Shown here piece by piece: positions 11,875 to 23,020 of a DNA stretch of 64,000 nt. Source of the DNA: Carcharhinus longimanus. Taxonomy: Eukaryota. The notes beneath the pieces are model-generated. The model worked only from the letters and a program-made list of their open reading frames with translations, made no database searches and had not been told where the DNA came from. The number at the start of each line of letters is the position of its first letter. Within the stretch, counting starts at the first letter, position 1. The DNA lies in assembly GCA_030264375.1 (NCBI GenBank), contig JASCQW010000190.1:43278870-43342869 (forward strand), read 5' to 3'. Made by a program: the position numbers and the translations under genes.

Positions 11875-12370
11875 TTTTGATCTAATTTATTATTGTCACA
11901 CATATTGGAATACAGTGAAAAGTATGGTTTCTTGTGCACCAAACAGACAAAACATACCATTCATAGACCACATAGAAGAGTAGAAAAGGAGAGGGTGCAG
12001 AAAGTAATGTTACAGTCATAGCTAGGATGTAAAGAAATATCAACTTAATGCAAGGTAGGTCCATTCAGAAGTCTGATAGCAGCAGGGAAGCAGCTGTCCT
12101 TGAGGTGGTTGGCATGTGACCTCAGACTTTTGCACCTTTTTCTCGATGGAAAAAGGTGGAAGAGAGTATGTGCATGGTCCTTGATTATTCTGGCTGCTTT
12201 TTCAAGGCAACAGGAAGTGTAGACAGAGTCAATGGATGGGAGGCTGGTTTGCATGATGGACTGGGCTATGTCCACAATCTTTTTTTAGTTTCTTGCAGTC
12301 TTGGTCAGCGCAGAAGCCATATCAAGCTGTGACACATCCAGAAAAGATGCTTTCTCTGGTGCATCTGGTT
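11875..12370 (-). mobile_element. Rex1/Babar-like LINE 3' fragment
   Basis: AQSIMQTSLPSIDSVYTSCCLEKAARIIKD..LFPSRKR..KDSCFPAAIRLLNG. Confidence 0.85.
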
Positions 12371-12908
12371 TTAATCTCTTTTCTTGGTCTTTCCCAGGAG
12401 ATTACAATGGAGGTGGCTGGTCAGGGGTACAAAGAGAAAGGGGAAAGAAAGGAATGGTGCTTCCACCATCACAAAATGTAGGTTAGGCTTGATGGGGCAC
12501 CTAGTTTTTCCTTGCCCATTCGCATTCTTACAAAAATAAAGAAATTTTCCCTTCATTTTTAATTCCAACCCCTGTACTCCTTTTCACACATCTGCAGACA
12601 AACTATGTTGGGTTGTCTCTGACTTGAACTCATCCCTTTAGTCCAACAGTTGGGGAAAAGCTATCTTTAGCTGATGGACTTTTATCATTCAGATGAGAGG
12701 GACAGGAGGGAGGCAAGTCTACAGCTCACCATTCTATACCTAATGTGTCAGTGGAAATGGTCAAAAGGCTTCCCTCCCTTTAAAGAGTTCTGTTCTCACG
12801 TTTTCTTTTTTGCCAGCTGGTTTATCTAAGCAATTAAGTTAATGAATAACAATGTTAGCATATAACCTTTTCCCATCTAAGCTTGCGAACTTTGGCTGCG
12901 ACAAAGCA

Positions 12909-13226
12909 GGACAGTGGCACAGTGATTAGCACTGCTGCCTCATAGTGCTAGAGACTCAGGTTCGATTCTGATTTCAGATGGCTAGCTGTGCCAAGTTTGC
13001 ATGTTCTCCCCATGTCTGTGTGGCTTTCCTCCGGAAGCTCCAGTTTCCTCCCACACTCCAAAGGTGTGCAGGTTAGTTTGACTGGCCATACTAAATTGCC
13101 CCTTTGTGTCAGGGGGATTTGCAGGGTAAATACGTGGCATTATGTGGATAGGACCTGGATGGAATTCTTGTCAGTGCAGGCTCAATGGGCCGACTGGCCT
13201 CCCTCTGCATTGTATTCTACGATTCT
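12909..13226 (+). mobile_element. HE1-type V-SINE
   Basis: Head with A and B boxes, V-domain, HER1-type tail. Confidence 0.9.
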
Positions 13227-14577
13227 AAACTCCTGGAGGTTTGATCACATGACCTCCAACTGCTCTATCCAATGAAACAGATGTATCCTCAGCATCCCCC
13301 CCCATCTTTTTCAAGCTAATAAACAAATGTATTCCTATCACCTTTCTCACACCAGTGTCCATCAAATTAACTTTTAATTCCTGCAGTCTTCAGGCCAATA
13401 GTGAAAAGTTGGCAATTATATTCTTCATTAATACGTTTTCTTTGGACCTCATGGCACTTAGTGCAAATTTACCAGAACTCTCTTGGAAAGAAGTTAATGG
13501 GTAACAGCAAGCAGCAATAATAGGTACAGCGAGTTGTGTGTTGCTTAAAATAAAAGAGATAAATGTGCTCAGGGCTTCAGTTCGATTCAGTTAGATCAAG
13601 GACTTTCTCCCAGACTTTGTACAATTGCCTCTCCTCTGTCCATTCAGAAACGAACTGATGTGAACATTTGAGGAATGTGTTTACTTTCCCAAAGAAATGC
13701 ATCGCATCCCAGGAATGGAGGGAATGGCATTTCCTCTCTCGGGACATGGTTCTCTGGAGTTACCTTTGCTATTTGGTAATGAGCTCTCGAGCACAACGTA
13801 CTAGTAAATTAAAGACATGGAGGTCCTCCCACAACCCATCCACTGCTTTCAGCTTTTGGAAGGCTGGGGAGGAAGCTTTGGAGAATCATAAAGCAGGGGA
13901 AGAACTTTTGCAAGTCACTTGGACTCTATGCTGGAATCTAGAGAGTATGGACTGACCCTCACTCTGCTTTCTCCATCACAGAACAAAAAATACAACATTT
14001 ATTTAATAAATAGTGTGCTGTCAATGAAATAAAATTTCATTCAGGTAAATGGTTATACATTACTGGCTAGGTTACCTACACAATGTAAAACTATGCATTA
14101 CATACAACATGGTTTTACTTTACATGCTGCAAGGTATGGGATAAAAAGTCTTGAAGGGGCATATACCTGAACCACATAGAGGGGATTGCCCACTTTTAAC
14201 TGTACCAACAAAGCCTTATATTCAGAATACCACGGTTCAAATGCTAACCTGGGCTGTTTAAGGGTGAGTCACTGCTTTGGTCAACTTCAGCTAGCTGGGA
14301 ATAACAGCAGGCGGCACTGCGGGGGTGGGGGGGAGGGGGTGGTTTACACTGCAACTACCACCCCACCCCTTCCCTGCCCCCACTCCAACTTCCCCAACAG
14401 ATGGGAGGGAGTCAAGTTCTCCTTTCAAAAAATCAATAAAGGGGAACCAGATCGCAAACAGTTTTAGCAGAGGTGCATTTGCAGGGAGGGGTATGCACAG
14501 GTTTACAACCTGTTCACCACAGGCTATTGTAATGAGCCTGCATGCCTCAGAGTTTAGTTCCTGCAGGCAGAGTTTTC

Positions 14578-15269
14578 CATCACCTGCTCTGCTTCCCTGT
14601 AAATATCAAGGCTGTCGGAATATTCCACGTAAGGGGAAGTAACAAAAAGATGCCTTTGGCAAAATACTAGGTCGCATGGTATCTCAGAAAGTTCCTCCAG
14701 GCATCCAAACAGGCGATCCAAGTGTGCTGTGGCACTGAAGGGAAGAAGTGCCAGATCCAGCAGATAATTACTTTCCCGCTCTGCTTTCTGCCAGAAGGCA
14801 CATGTATGATTTGCCCACCTACCCCCATCCNNNNNNNNNNCAAGTTAATCTGCTTGAAAGCTACACTTGAAACCCCACAATTAGATTCCAACCAAATGTA
14901 TCCCACACTCACAACCGATTAATGATCCATGATGTTCTATATGCCCCCAATGTTATCCGCTGCCAGTTGTTGATGACCTGTGATTGCTCTCTCCTTCCCT
15001 GTCCCTGGCTGTAGCCAAGTGACACAAGCCCTCTCACCATACAGCTGGACACGGGCTGCTACCTGAATAATGGAATCAAGATATCTCTGAGCTCTCCAGC
15101 TGCTACATCTAACCTCATCGCCTGCTCTGCTTCCCTGTAAATATCAAGGCCTTTGGAATATTCCATGTAAGGGGAAATAAAGAAAAAATGCCCATGACAA
15201 AATACTAGGTCCCCTAGTATCTCAGAAAGTTCCTCCAGTCAGTCAAACAGGCGACCCAAGTGTGCTGTG
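14578..15269 (+). repeat. Ungapped 154-bp direct duplication (14578-14731 and 15116-15269)
   Basis: Manual alignment: about 19 mismatches in 154 bp, no indels; not a repeat family seen elsewhere in the window. Confidence 0.9.
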
Positions 15270-17140
15270 TTCATTAATTTTAGGCAAAGTGATATCACAG
15301 TTAGCCTTAGGTTCTATCCAGCTTCCTCACTGGCAGTGTGTGTATGTACGGGAACAGGATTGTGATGCTTCCTGCAACAGATTAACCTACCAGCAATCAC
15401 ACATCAATAATGGGCAACATACCATAGGGGTACGCAAACCTATAGAATCTTAACATAGCAAAAAGTCAACAGCTTCAGGAGACATAGGTGGGAAGCAGTG
15501 CTGATAAAACCACACAAGAATGCAAGGGCCACTCCACCTATTTCACCCAACATTACCCAACAGAAAACATTACACCCTCAGCATGAGTGCAGAGTGAGCA
15601 GATCACATGGAACCAAAAAGATTTGAGGAAAAGATACCCGTGCTATGAAATCTCATTCTGCATCTTGACCTTGTGCTTATTTGGGAATCCAGTTGGACAG
15701 ATTGACAGAGTCTGGACCTCTGATTGCCAGCAGTCTATGAGGTGGGAGGTACATGATCCTGACAGGTTAACCTGGAGAACGTGATTATTTGTTGCAGAAA
15801 AGGGGTTAAATCCTGAGCAATTTGTGGCGGTATGCATCAATCGACAAAGAACTTGCCCATTGCCCAATTTCCCGATTCCCTCACCCGCACATAGAAAACA
15901 CACTCGTTTATCAGTGTGGTTTCAGGTGATTGCTTATCTTTAATGCAGTAATAAGTTGATGTACGGTAAAGCACACTAATATTACCCTATGTTTGCTTGC
16001 ACAATACCTGTTAAAGAGTAGTACTAAATTCTAAATTTAGCCTGCAGGGAAAAAAATCATGAATGTCGAAGTTCACGTTCACTGCAAGATTATCATGTAA
16101 ACCATATATAAATCCAAGGACAGTCAAGTACAAGCCAGGGAAAAAAAATGTCACCCTATCATAAGGCATTCTGCTACCATCTATCTCATTATCTCTAAAT
16201 TCAGCACAATTGAAATCCAGCCTCATGTGACTCTTCCAAGAGAAAAGGGGAAGCCGAGGGAGGTATTCCATTTAAATGGAGCTTTTTGCTCCTGGGCTTT
16301 TTATTCTCATCTAAATGTCAGTGTCTTTGTTATTATATGCAAGGACATTAAGCATCAATGAGAGAGGATACCAGACCCGGCAGAATGCATCCTTACCCCT
16401 GAACAATGGCACAGCCCTGCCACGTTCGACTACAAATGCATTCAGAATAATTGCATCAAGTTGAAAAGCAAACTGCAGTAAAGCTGCTCAAGAACCGGGG
16501 GTGCAACTGGGGAAAGCCAAATCTCAAGATTATTAGTTTTTTTGCGTAACATTCTGGCCGTCAAATAAAGACTCAGGGCCTTTGAGGAAGCTGATTACTG
16601 GTGATGGTCTGGAACCAGGAGCAATTGCTAGTTCATAACATCCTGCTTTATGTCCGCAAAGGTCTGATTAAACACGTGCACAGACAGGTGCTGACAAAAC
16701 CTAGTGAATGTGTGCAAGTCCAGTAAATATTTAACCTTCAGATGAAAAAGTACTCACCTCACTGCTTTACTTTCTATATCACTGGTGGAATTTTGTCAGT
16801 TATTGGTCCTGCTACTTTCTGATCCTATTCTATATTTTTGGGAATATAGTATGGTTAAGTGAAATTTGGAAAACATGACAACATAAGAACATAAGAACCA
16901 CCACTCCGGCCTTCAATCATCACTTCTGTTCTGTTTGGAGTTGGTCGAACACTTCCCGTCATTCTCAGAAGTGATCCAGATTTTTAAAAAGGCAAGGGAA
17001 AAAAAACCACAGAAATTTGTTAAAATGCCCATGCTTTTAGTCAGCCATTGCACAAATCAATGCAACAGCATCATCTTACTGACCTCAGAGGCTGCCATTT
17101 AAAAGGTCTCGTAGCACACGTGGAGAGAAATAGAATTAAT

Positions 17141-17266
17141 GGCCAGGATTTTACTGCCCCTTACACCACGGAATTGGAGCTGACCAGGGGTAGACAATGG
17201 AAATGTCTCTTGACCTCGGGTGGGATTTTACAGTTTCAGGACAAGCGAAGCCATAAAATCCCACCC
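17141..17266. mobile_element. GGGC-TIR MITE
   Basis: ggccaggattttac...ataaaatcccaccc with internal ttgacctcgggtgggatttt, as in the 6142 copy. Confidence 0.7.
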
Positions 17267-17454
17267 ATTATTTTGGGCCAATAATCCTACATCAGATTTC
17301 AACTTTGGTGAGGATCTATAAGGGAATCAGGACTCGGAGTGATTGGGCTTTGAAAATCATGCTTCCAGAGGACACCTCGGGATTCCGTTGTTTGCAGGAC
17401 TGTTTGCAATTCTCAAATTTCCAGTGGGAGGAGGGAGCAAGAATGCACCCACCT

Positions 17455-17990
17455 TAAGGTACCCATTTAGAAGAATGAGGGGAGATCAAATTGAGGTATA
17501 TAAGATGATAAAAGTTATGGATANNNNNNNNNNNNNNNNNNNNNNNNNNNNNNNNNNNNNNNNNNNNNNNNNNNNNNNNNNNNNNNNNNNNNNNNNNNNN
17601 NNNNNNNNNNNNNNNNNNNNNNNTATTGAATGGCGGGGCAGGCTCGAAGGGCTAGTTGGCCTACTCCTGCTCCTATTTCTTATGTTCTTATGTTCTAAAT
17701 GGCCTTCTTCGGCACTGTAGGGATTCTATGATTCTATGAAGCTGAGATTGTTCTCCTTAAAGCAGATGGTAGTGAATGTGTGGAATTCACGACCACAAAA
17801 TGTAGTTGAGACCAAAACGTCGGCTGATTTCAAGAAGATATTAGGTATAGTTCTTGGGGCCAAAGCGATCAAGGGATATGGGAGGAAGGGGGGATCAGGA
17901 TATAGAATTCAATGATCAGCCATAATCAAGATGAGTGGCAGAATAGACCTGGTGGGCTGAATGGCCTACTCCTGCTTCTATATTGACCAT
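17455..17990 (+). mobile_element. Stacked CR1/HER1 3' fragments
   Basis: RMRGDQIEVYKMIK motif; tails cctactcctgctcctatttcttatg; GTGAATGTGTGGAATTCA. Confidence 0.8.
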
Positions 17991-18835
17991 TTTTATGTGC
18001 TCAATCTGAATGGCATATGTTGGCATGTTCAAACTAGCAGACTGTCAAAGTCAAGTCTATTCTTATCCTCACTCGCACACATTCTGGCAATGACAGGCAG
18101 TGGATTGCAACGGGGAGTCAGAAGCCTGTGCGACTCCCTCGTCGATGTGGGGATGCAGGATCTGGGTTGGTTGTACCCCGTAGCATCCGCCTGGGGACAT
18201 CTCTCGTCGGTGTGGCTCACCGTCACCAAGTTGTTGGAGAGTGTTTGTGTGTGATAAATGAAGGGTTCAGAGGAAGCCTGGCTGTGCCCATTTTTGTTTG
18301 GTTTGCCAGTACCCAAGTGCCCTGTTCCAGCGTGAGAATGTGTATTTCAGTGCACGCTCTCACGCTGCTGCTTCCCAGGAAAATTTGAATTGGAGCCCCG
18401 ATGGTTAAAGTGTAAAATGGAAGCAAGCTGGGTTTGTTTTAATAATCGGACTTCTGTACGGACCGCTGGATTTGAACTTAATATTAAATCCATTACCTGT
18501 GGATTTGTGCTGTGACTTGCAGTGATTGTCAATCATCGCTGCCCTGTGCCAGTCCCTTCATATTAAGGAGGCAACACAATTCTGTTGGCAATGCAATCAA
18601 GTGTTAAGAGCTCATTGTGTGTACCCAATGCCCTTGCATTTGAGTCTTGGTTGTTGACTGACTGGAGCACAGCTGCCAGTCATTGCGGTTAAGGTCTCTC
18701 GCTAGAATTGCTTACCTCCAGCAGTAAGACAGCGAAAAACAACAACGTCAAAACTATTCCTGTAAAAAAAATGTGACATTGTCTCTTCTGACTGATACTC
18801 TCCTATCATCCTTGCCCAGTCTGGATAAAGTAGAC

Positions 18836-19485
18836 TGTGATGACTTCAGTCAGGCTAATGAGGTTGGCTTGCTGGAGCATGAACTATCTGATGAGTCATT
18901 CGCCTGGCAGGGAGCGGAGGTCGGGAGGAGGATCTCCTCGTGAACCTGCTCCTGGGCCTGTCGAGGCACGCCATCAACAGGACCAGGCAGTGGGCGATCG
19001 ACAGGGTCGTCCATCCTGACTGTCTGCCCTTCAACCGCGGCTATATTCACGGCCAGGTGCCCCTGGAGAGGGAGCACGCGGTGTCCACGGGTGCAGTCTA
19101 CGCCTTCCGTGCCCGCTGGGCACCGCAGGGGCTGGTGTGCGTTATAGACCCTCACAACCACATTTTGATTTAATGTTTTAAGTTTCCTTTGGACTTTGGT
19201 TTCTGTTCGGGCCGTTTCCCCGCCCCCCTTCCTTTTTGGGGGGGCTGCCCCTCTTAATTTGTCCCTAAGTTAATTTGAGTTGGTTTTACTCGTTTGGCGC
19301 GTGAAAAGAACTACCTGATGAGTCCTAATTGATGGTTAAATCAGGGAGTCTCATGGTCCCTATTTAAAGCAGGTGAGTCAGACTCTCAGCCTGCATCCAG
19401 CAACTGGAGAGCTGGCTGCGTACAGATGTATGGTGTAAATAAAGTAACTTGGTGATGGGACTTTTGCCTCCCTGAAGCTATTACA
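18836..19485 (+). mobile_element. Solo LTR (about 220 bp net) with 5-bp TSD TAGAC, interrupted by a Tx1 fragment
   Basis: Inverted termini TGTGATGACTTCAG...CTGAAGCTATTACA; TAGAC at 18831-18835 and 19486-19490; internal TATTTAAA and AATAAA. Confidence 0.8.
18898..19307 (+). mobile_element. Tx1/L1-clade LINE 3' fragment with 17-bp TSD
   Basis: ORF2 C-terminus LLVNLLLGLSRHAINRTR..DCLPF.RGYI...LEREHAVSTG...FRARWAPQG; TSD gaactatctgatgagtc (18881-18897) and gaactacctgatgagtc (19308-19324). Confidence 0.85.
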
Positions 19486-19812
19486 TAGACGCGGAGCGGA
19501 TGCTTCTGCTGGTAGGACGAGAGCTCATAGTCTTCATATAAGGGGTAGCAAATTTAAAACAGAGTTCAAGAGAAACTACTTCTCCCAAAGGGTTGTGAAT
19601 CTGTGGAATTCACTACCCCAAAAGTGTGGTGGATGCTGGGACAGTGAGTAAATTTAAGGAGGAGTTAGACAGATTTTTACTTGGTAATGGGTTGAAGGGT
19701 TATGGAGAGAAGGCAGGAAAATGGGGATGAGGAGCATATCCACCATGATTGAATAGTGGAGTGGACTCAATGGGCCAAATGGTCTAATTCTGCTCCTATA
19801 TCTTATGAACTT
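19486..19812 (+). mobile_element. CR1 LINE 3' fragment hosting the solo LTR
   Basis: ctggataaagtagac|gcggagcggatg reads LDKVD|AERM across the LTR, followed by RNYFSQRVVNLWNSLP. Confidence 0.85.
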
Positions 19813-20014
19813 ATTTGTTCCCGAGTGTGATTTCAGCCTTTTTTATAGCAAATCCAAGCAGTCTTGCAGATCTCATTGCACAGCTGTAAGGTCAGCCGTG
19901 AGGCCCCAGGTAGATTTCTCTGCAGTTGTCTTTGAGACAGATCTGTGGGGCCAACTAGCCTGGGCATAAGCAACTGGTCCTAACTTTGTCATGCAAGGCC
20001 AATATTCGTCTTAC

Positions 20015-20580
20015 TTCATCATATATAAATGATTTGGAGGAAAATGTGACTGGTTTGATTAGTAAGTTTGCGGACAACACAAAGGTTGGTGGATTTGTGG
20101 ATGTGATGAGGACCACCAAAGGATGCAGCAGAATATAGATCAGTTGGAGACTTGGGCAGAGAGATAGTAGATGGAGTTTAATCCGGACAAATGTGAGATA
20201 ATGCATTTTGGAAGCTCTAATACAGATAGGAAATAGTAAATGACAGAATCATTGAGAATATTGATAGGCAGGAGGATCTGATTGGGCAGATGGAAGAAAG
20301 GGGACACAGGTTTAAGATACGAGAGGCAACATTTAAAGGAGATGTATGAGGCAAGGTTTTTTTACACAGAGGGTGGTGGGTGCCTGGAACTTCTGCTGTG
20401 GGAGGCAGTGGAAGCGGATGTGATGATGACTTCTAATGGGCATCTTGACAAATACATGAATGGGATGGGAATGGGAATGGAGGGATATGGTCCCCGGAAG
20501 GATAGGGGGTTTTTGTTCAGTTGGGCAGCATGGCGGGTACAGACTTGGAGGGCCAAAGGGTCTTTTTCTGTACTGTATTT
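20015..20580 (+). mobile_element. CR1 LINE RT and 3' fragment with internal deletion
   Basis: YINDLEENVTGLISKFADNTK...MEFNPDKCE.MHFG motifs. Confidence 0.85.
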
Positions 20581-20758
20581 ACACTTTATTCTTTATCTCC
20601 ATGGTCTGCCCAGAGTTGTCTACTTCAATCGGCAAGGCAGGGGAATCCCCTAATATGGCTGCCACCAGCCAGGCAGCTGAGGGCCTCTCTGAGTACTGAG
20701 CTCATCTCCTGGCCAATTAGACTATTTATTTAAGAAATCACATCACAAGTGTGAGAGG

Positions 20759-21410
20759 GGGAGGTGGTGGCGTAGTGGTATCATCACGGGAGTAATAATC
20801 CAGAGACCCAGGAGAATGCTCCGGGAATCTGGGTTTGAATCCCACCATGGCTGATGGTGAAATTTGAATTCAATAAAAAAAAGTCTACTGATGACCATGA
20901 AACCATTGTCAATTTGTGGTTAAAAACCCCTCTGGTTCACTAACATCTTTTAGGGAAGGAAACATGCCATCCTCCCCTTGTCTAGCTGATGTGTGACTCT
21001 AGATCCACAGCAATTTGTCTGATTCTTAACTGCCCTCTGAAATGGCCTAGTGAGCATTCAAGGGCAATTAAAGTTGAAGTTTATTTATTTGTGTCACAAG
21101 TAGGCTTACATTAAAACTGCAATGAAGTTACTGTAAAAATCCTCTAGTTGCCACACTCTGGATCGGGTACACTGAGGGAAAATTTAGCATGACAAATGCA
21201 TCTGCACATTTTGGACTGTGGAAGGAAACTGGGACAACCGGAGGAAACCCCCACACGGGGAGAACGTGCAAACTCCACACAGACAGTGACCCAAGCCAGG
21301 TCCCTGGCGCTGTGAGGCAGCAGTGTTAACCACTATACCACTGTGCCAGCAATGGGTTGGGCAACGTAGCCCCACCTGCAATGCCCATGTCCCATAAATG
21401 AATGAGAAAA
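20759..21410 (+). mobile_element. tRNA-headed SINE with L2-group tail, split by a V-SINE
   Basis: Head GGTGGCGTAGTGGTAT..GGGTTTGAATCCCACC; tail resumes at about 21349 after the nested element. Confidence 0.75.
21073..21345 (-). mobile_element. V-SINE, alternative tail
   Basis: Head, V-domain and alternative tail. Confidence 0.85.
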
Positions 21411-21801
21411 TGACCTGGAATTTGTCCAGATATCAGGTTCTGCATCAAAAATCTGTCCCACTTATTCGGTTTCTCTCTGCTAGACCTGTGGAGTGTTTCC
21501 GGCATTATTTCGATTTCTAACATCCAGCTGGTAATAGTGTAAACAACACAGGATGCTGCAGGCAGCCCAGGGCAATGCAGAATAGAATACATCCATCAAA
21601 CAGATTACTCCAAAAGGTGGCAATAGCAAGAATAATTAGTATGCCTACACCATTTATGACAAGACTGACTCTGTTCACAAGAGCTTGGCAAAGGCTGAAC
21701 ATCTGACACAGAAGAAAGACACACTCAGAGGATCAGTCAGTATCAGTGAAGAAGAAAAAGTTTGCAACACAATCCTTCATCAAAACTGAAAGCTGAGAGG
21801 A

Positions 21802-22103
21802 TAGAATCATCATAGAATCCCTACAGTGTAGAAGGAGGCCATTCGTGTCTGCACCGATCACTTCCCACAAAGCCCCTATTCCCGTAAACCCACACATTTA
21901 CTCTGCTAATCCCCCTGACACTAGGGTCAATTCAGCACAGCCAATCAACCTAACGTGCATATCTTTGGACTGGGGGAGGAAACCCACGAAGATATGGGGA
22001 GAATGTGCAAACTCCACACAAACACTGATCTGAGGCCAGACTTGAACCCGGATCCCTGGCGCAGTCAAGCAGAATTGCTAACCACAGTGCCACCATACTG
22101 CCC
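21802..22103 (-). mobile_element. HE1-type V-SINE
   Basis: Full head-to-tail match. Confidence 0.9.
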
Positions 22104-22772
22104 CTGAGCATTTTAGTCAAGTTGGAAGAGCAGGAAACCACGCCAAGAAAAAAAAAGCGTTCTGAAATTAAGTCAGAAAAAGCTGGTAAATCACAGTAAA
22201 GTTAATCTTAACCATACAAACCAACCTCAGAAGTGTGCAAAAATGGATAAACAGATTCAAGAAGGCTGACTCAGCCCACAAAATGCTGATGACTCAAATG
22301 GGCCCCTAATTATAAACCTTTGACTTATTTAAACAAGTGGTTAAATAGGCTTTACACCTTATGCAATAAATATAGGCTACATTTCTTGGTTTTACATTGG
22401 AGGGCAATTCATGAAATACAGGCTTGGTGCCACAATTCTAATGGTCAATTTTCAGACAGGACGAGGAGGATAGGGTCCCAGGGCCACACACCCACAAGAG
22501 ATTACCAGTGTTTCCATTTAAAATGGTGCTTTCTGATTGATTTTAAGCACTGTTGTATTCACACTGGATAGATTCTTAATCTGGAAAGCAAAAGTATAAG
22601 ACAAAATGATATTTGGATCTTCAACAGACCAATAAAACAATCATTTCTGGTCACTCCCCCAAAAGTTAATCTCCTGTGTCCAAACTCTCCTAGCCCATCA
22701 CAGGCACAACCAACAATAAATTGGAATCATTAGCATCCTTTTTTTAGGTGCTACAAATACCATTAGAACACC

Positions 22773-23020
22773 AATATGACTTCCTCAGTTGACCTCAATG
22801 AAACCCATAAGGGGGGGGGCTCTTGAAGTATGAGCTCCCTGATTGAGAAAGTGGTTGCCTGCGCAATCAGAGAGTCTTACCTGTGTATATAATGAGGAGT
22901 GTTAGGGCTACTAGCATTCTGGGTTCTGACTTTGTACCTGAAGCACACGCACGGGTGGAGATAAGTTTATAAATAAAAGGAATCTGGTGAAGGGACACCG
23001 GCTTCTGAAGAGTTACCTCA
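22773..23020 (+). mobile_element. Older solo LTR related to the 18836 LTR
   Basis: Shared order of motifs: tgacttc, gtatgagctccctgat, aatcagagagtct, TATATAA, AATAAA, tggtgaagggac, ctgaag..CA. Termini are degenerate. Confidence 0.55.

Noticed and set aside
14321-14392. G-run followed by C-run (G4 or hairpin potential)
   Set aside because: Low-complexity and imperfect; common in this genome type and without supporting context.
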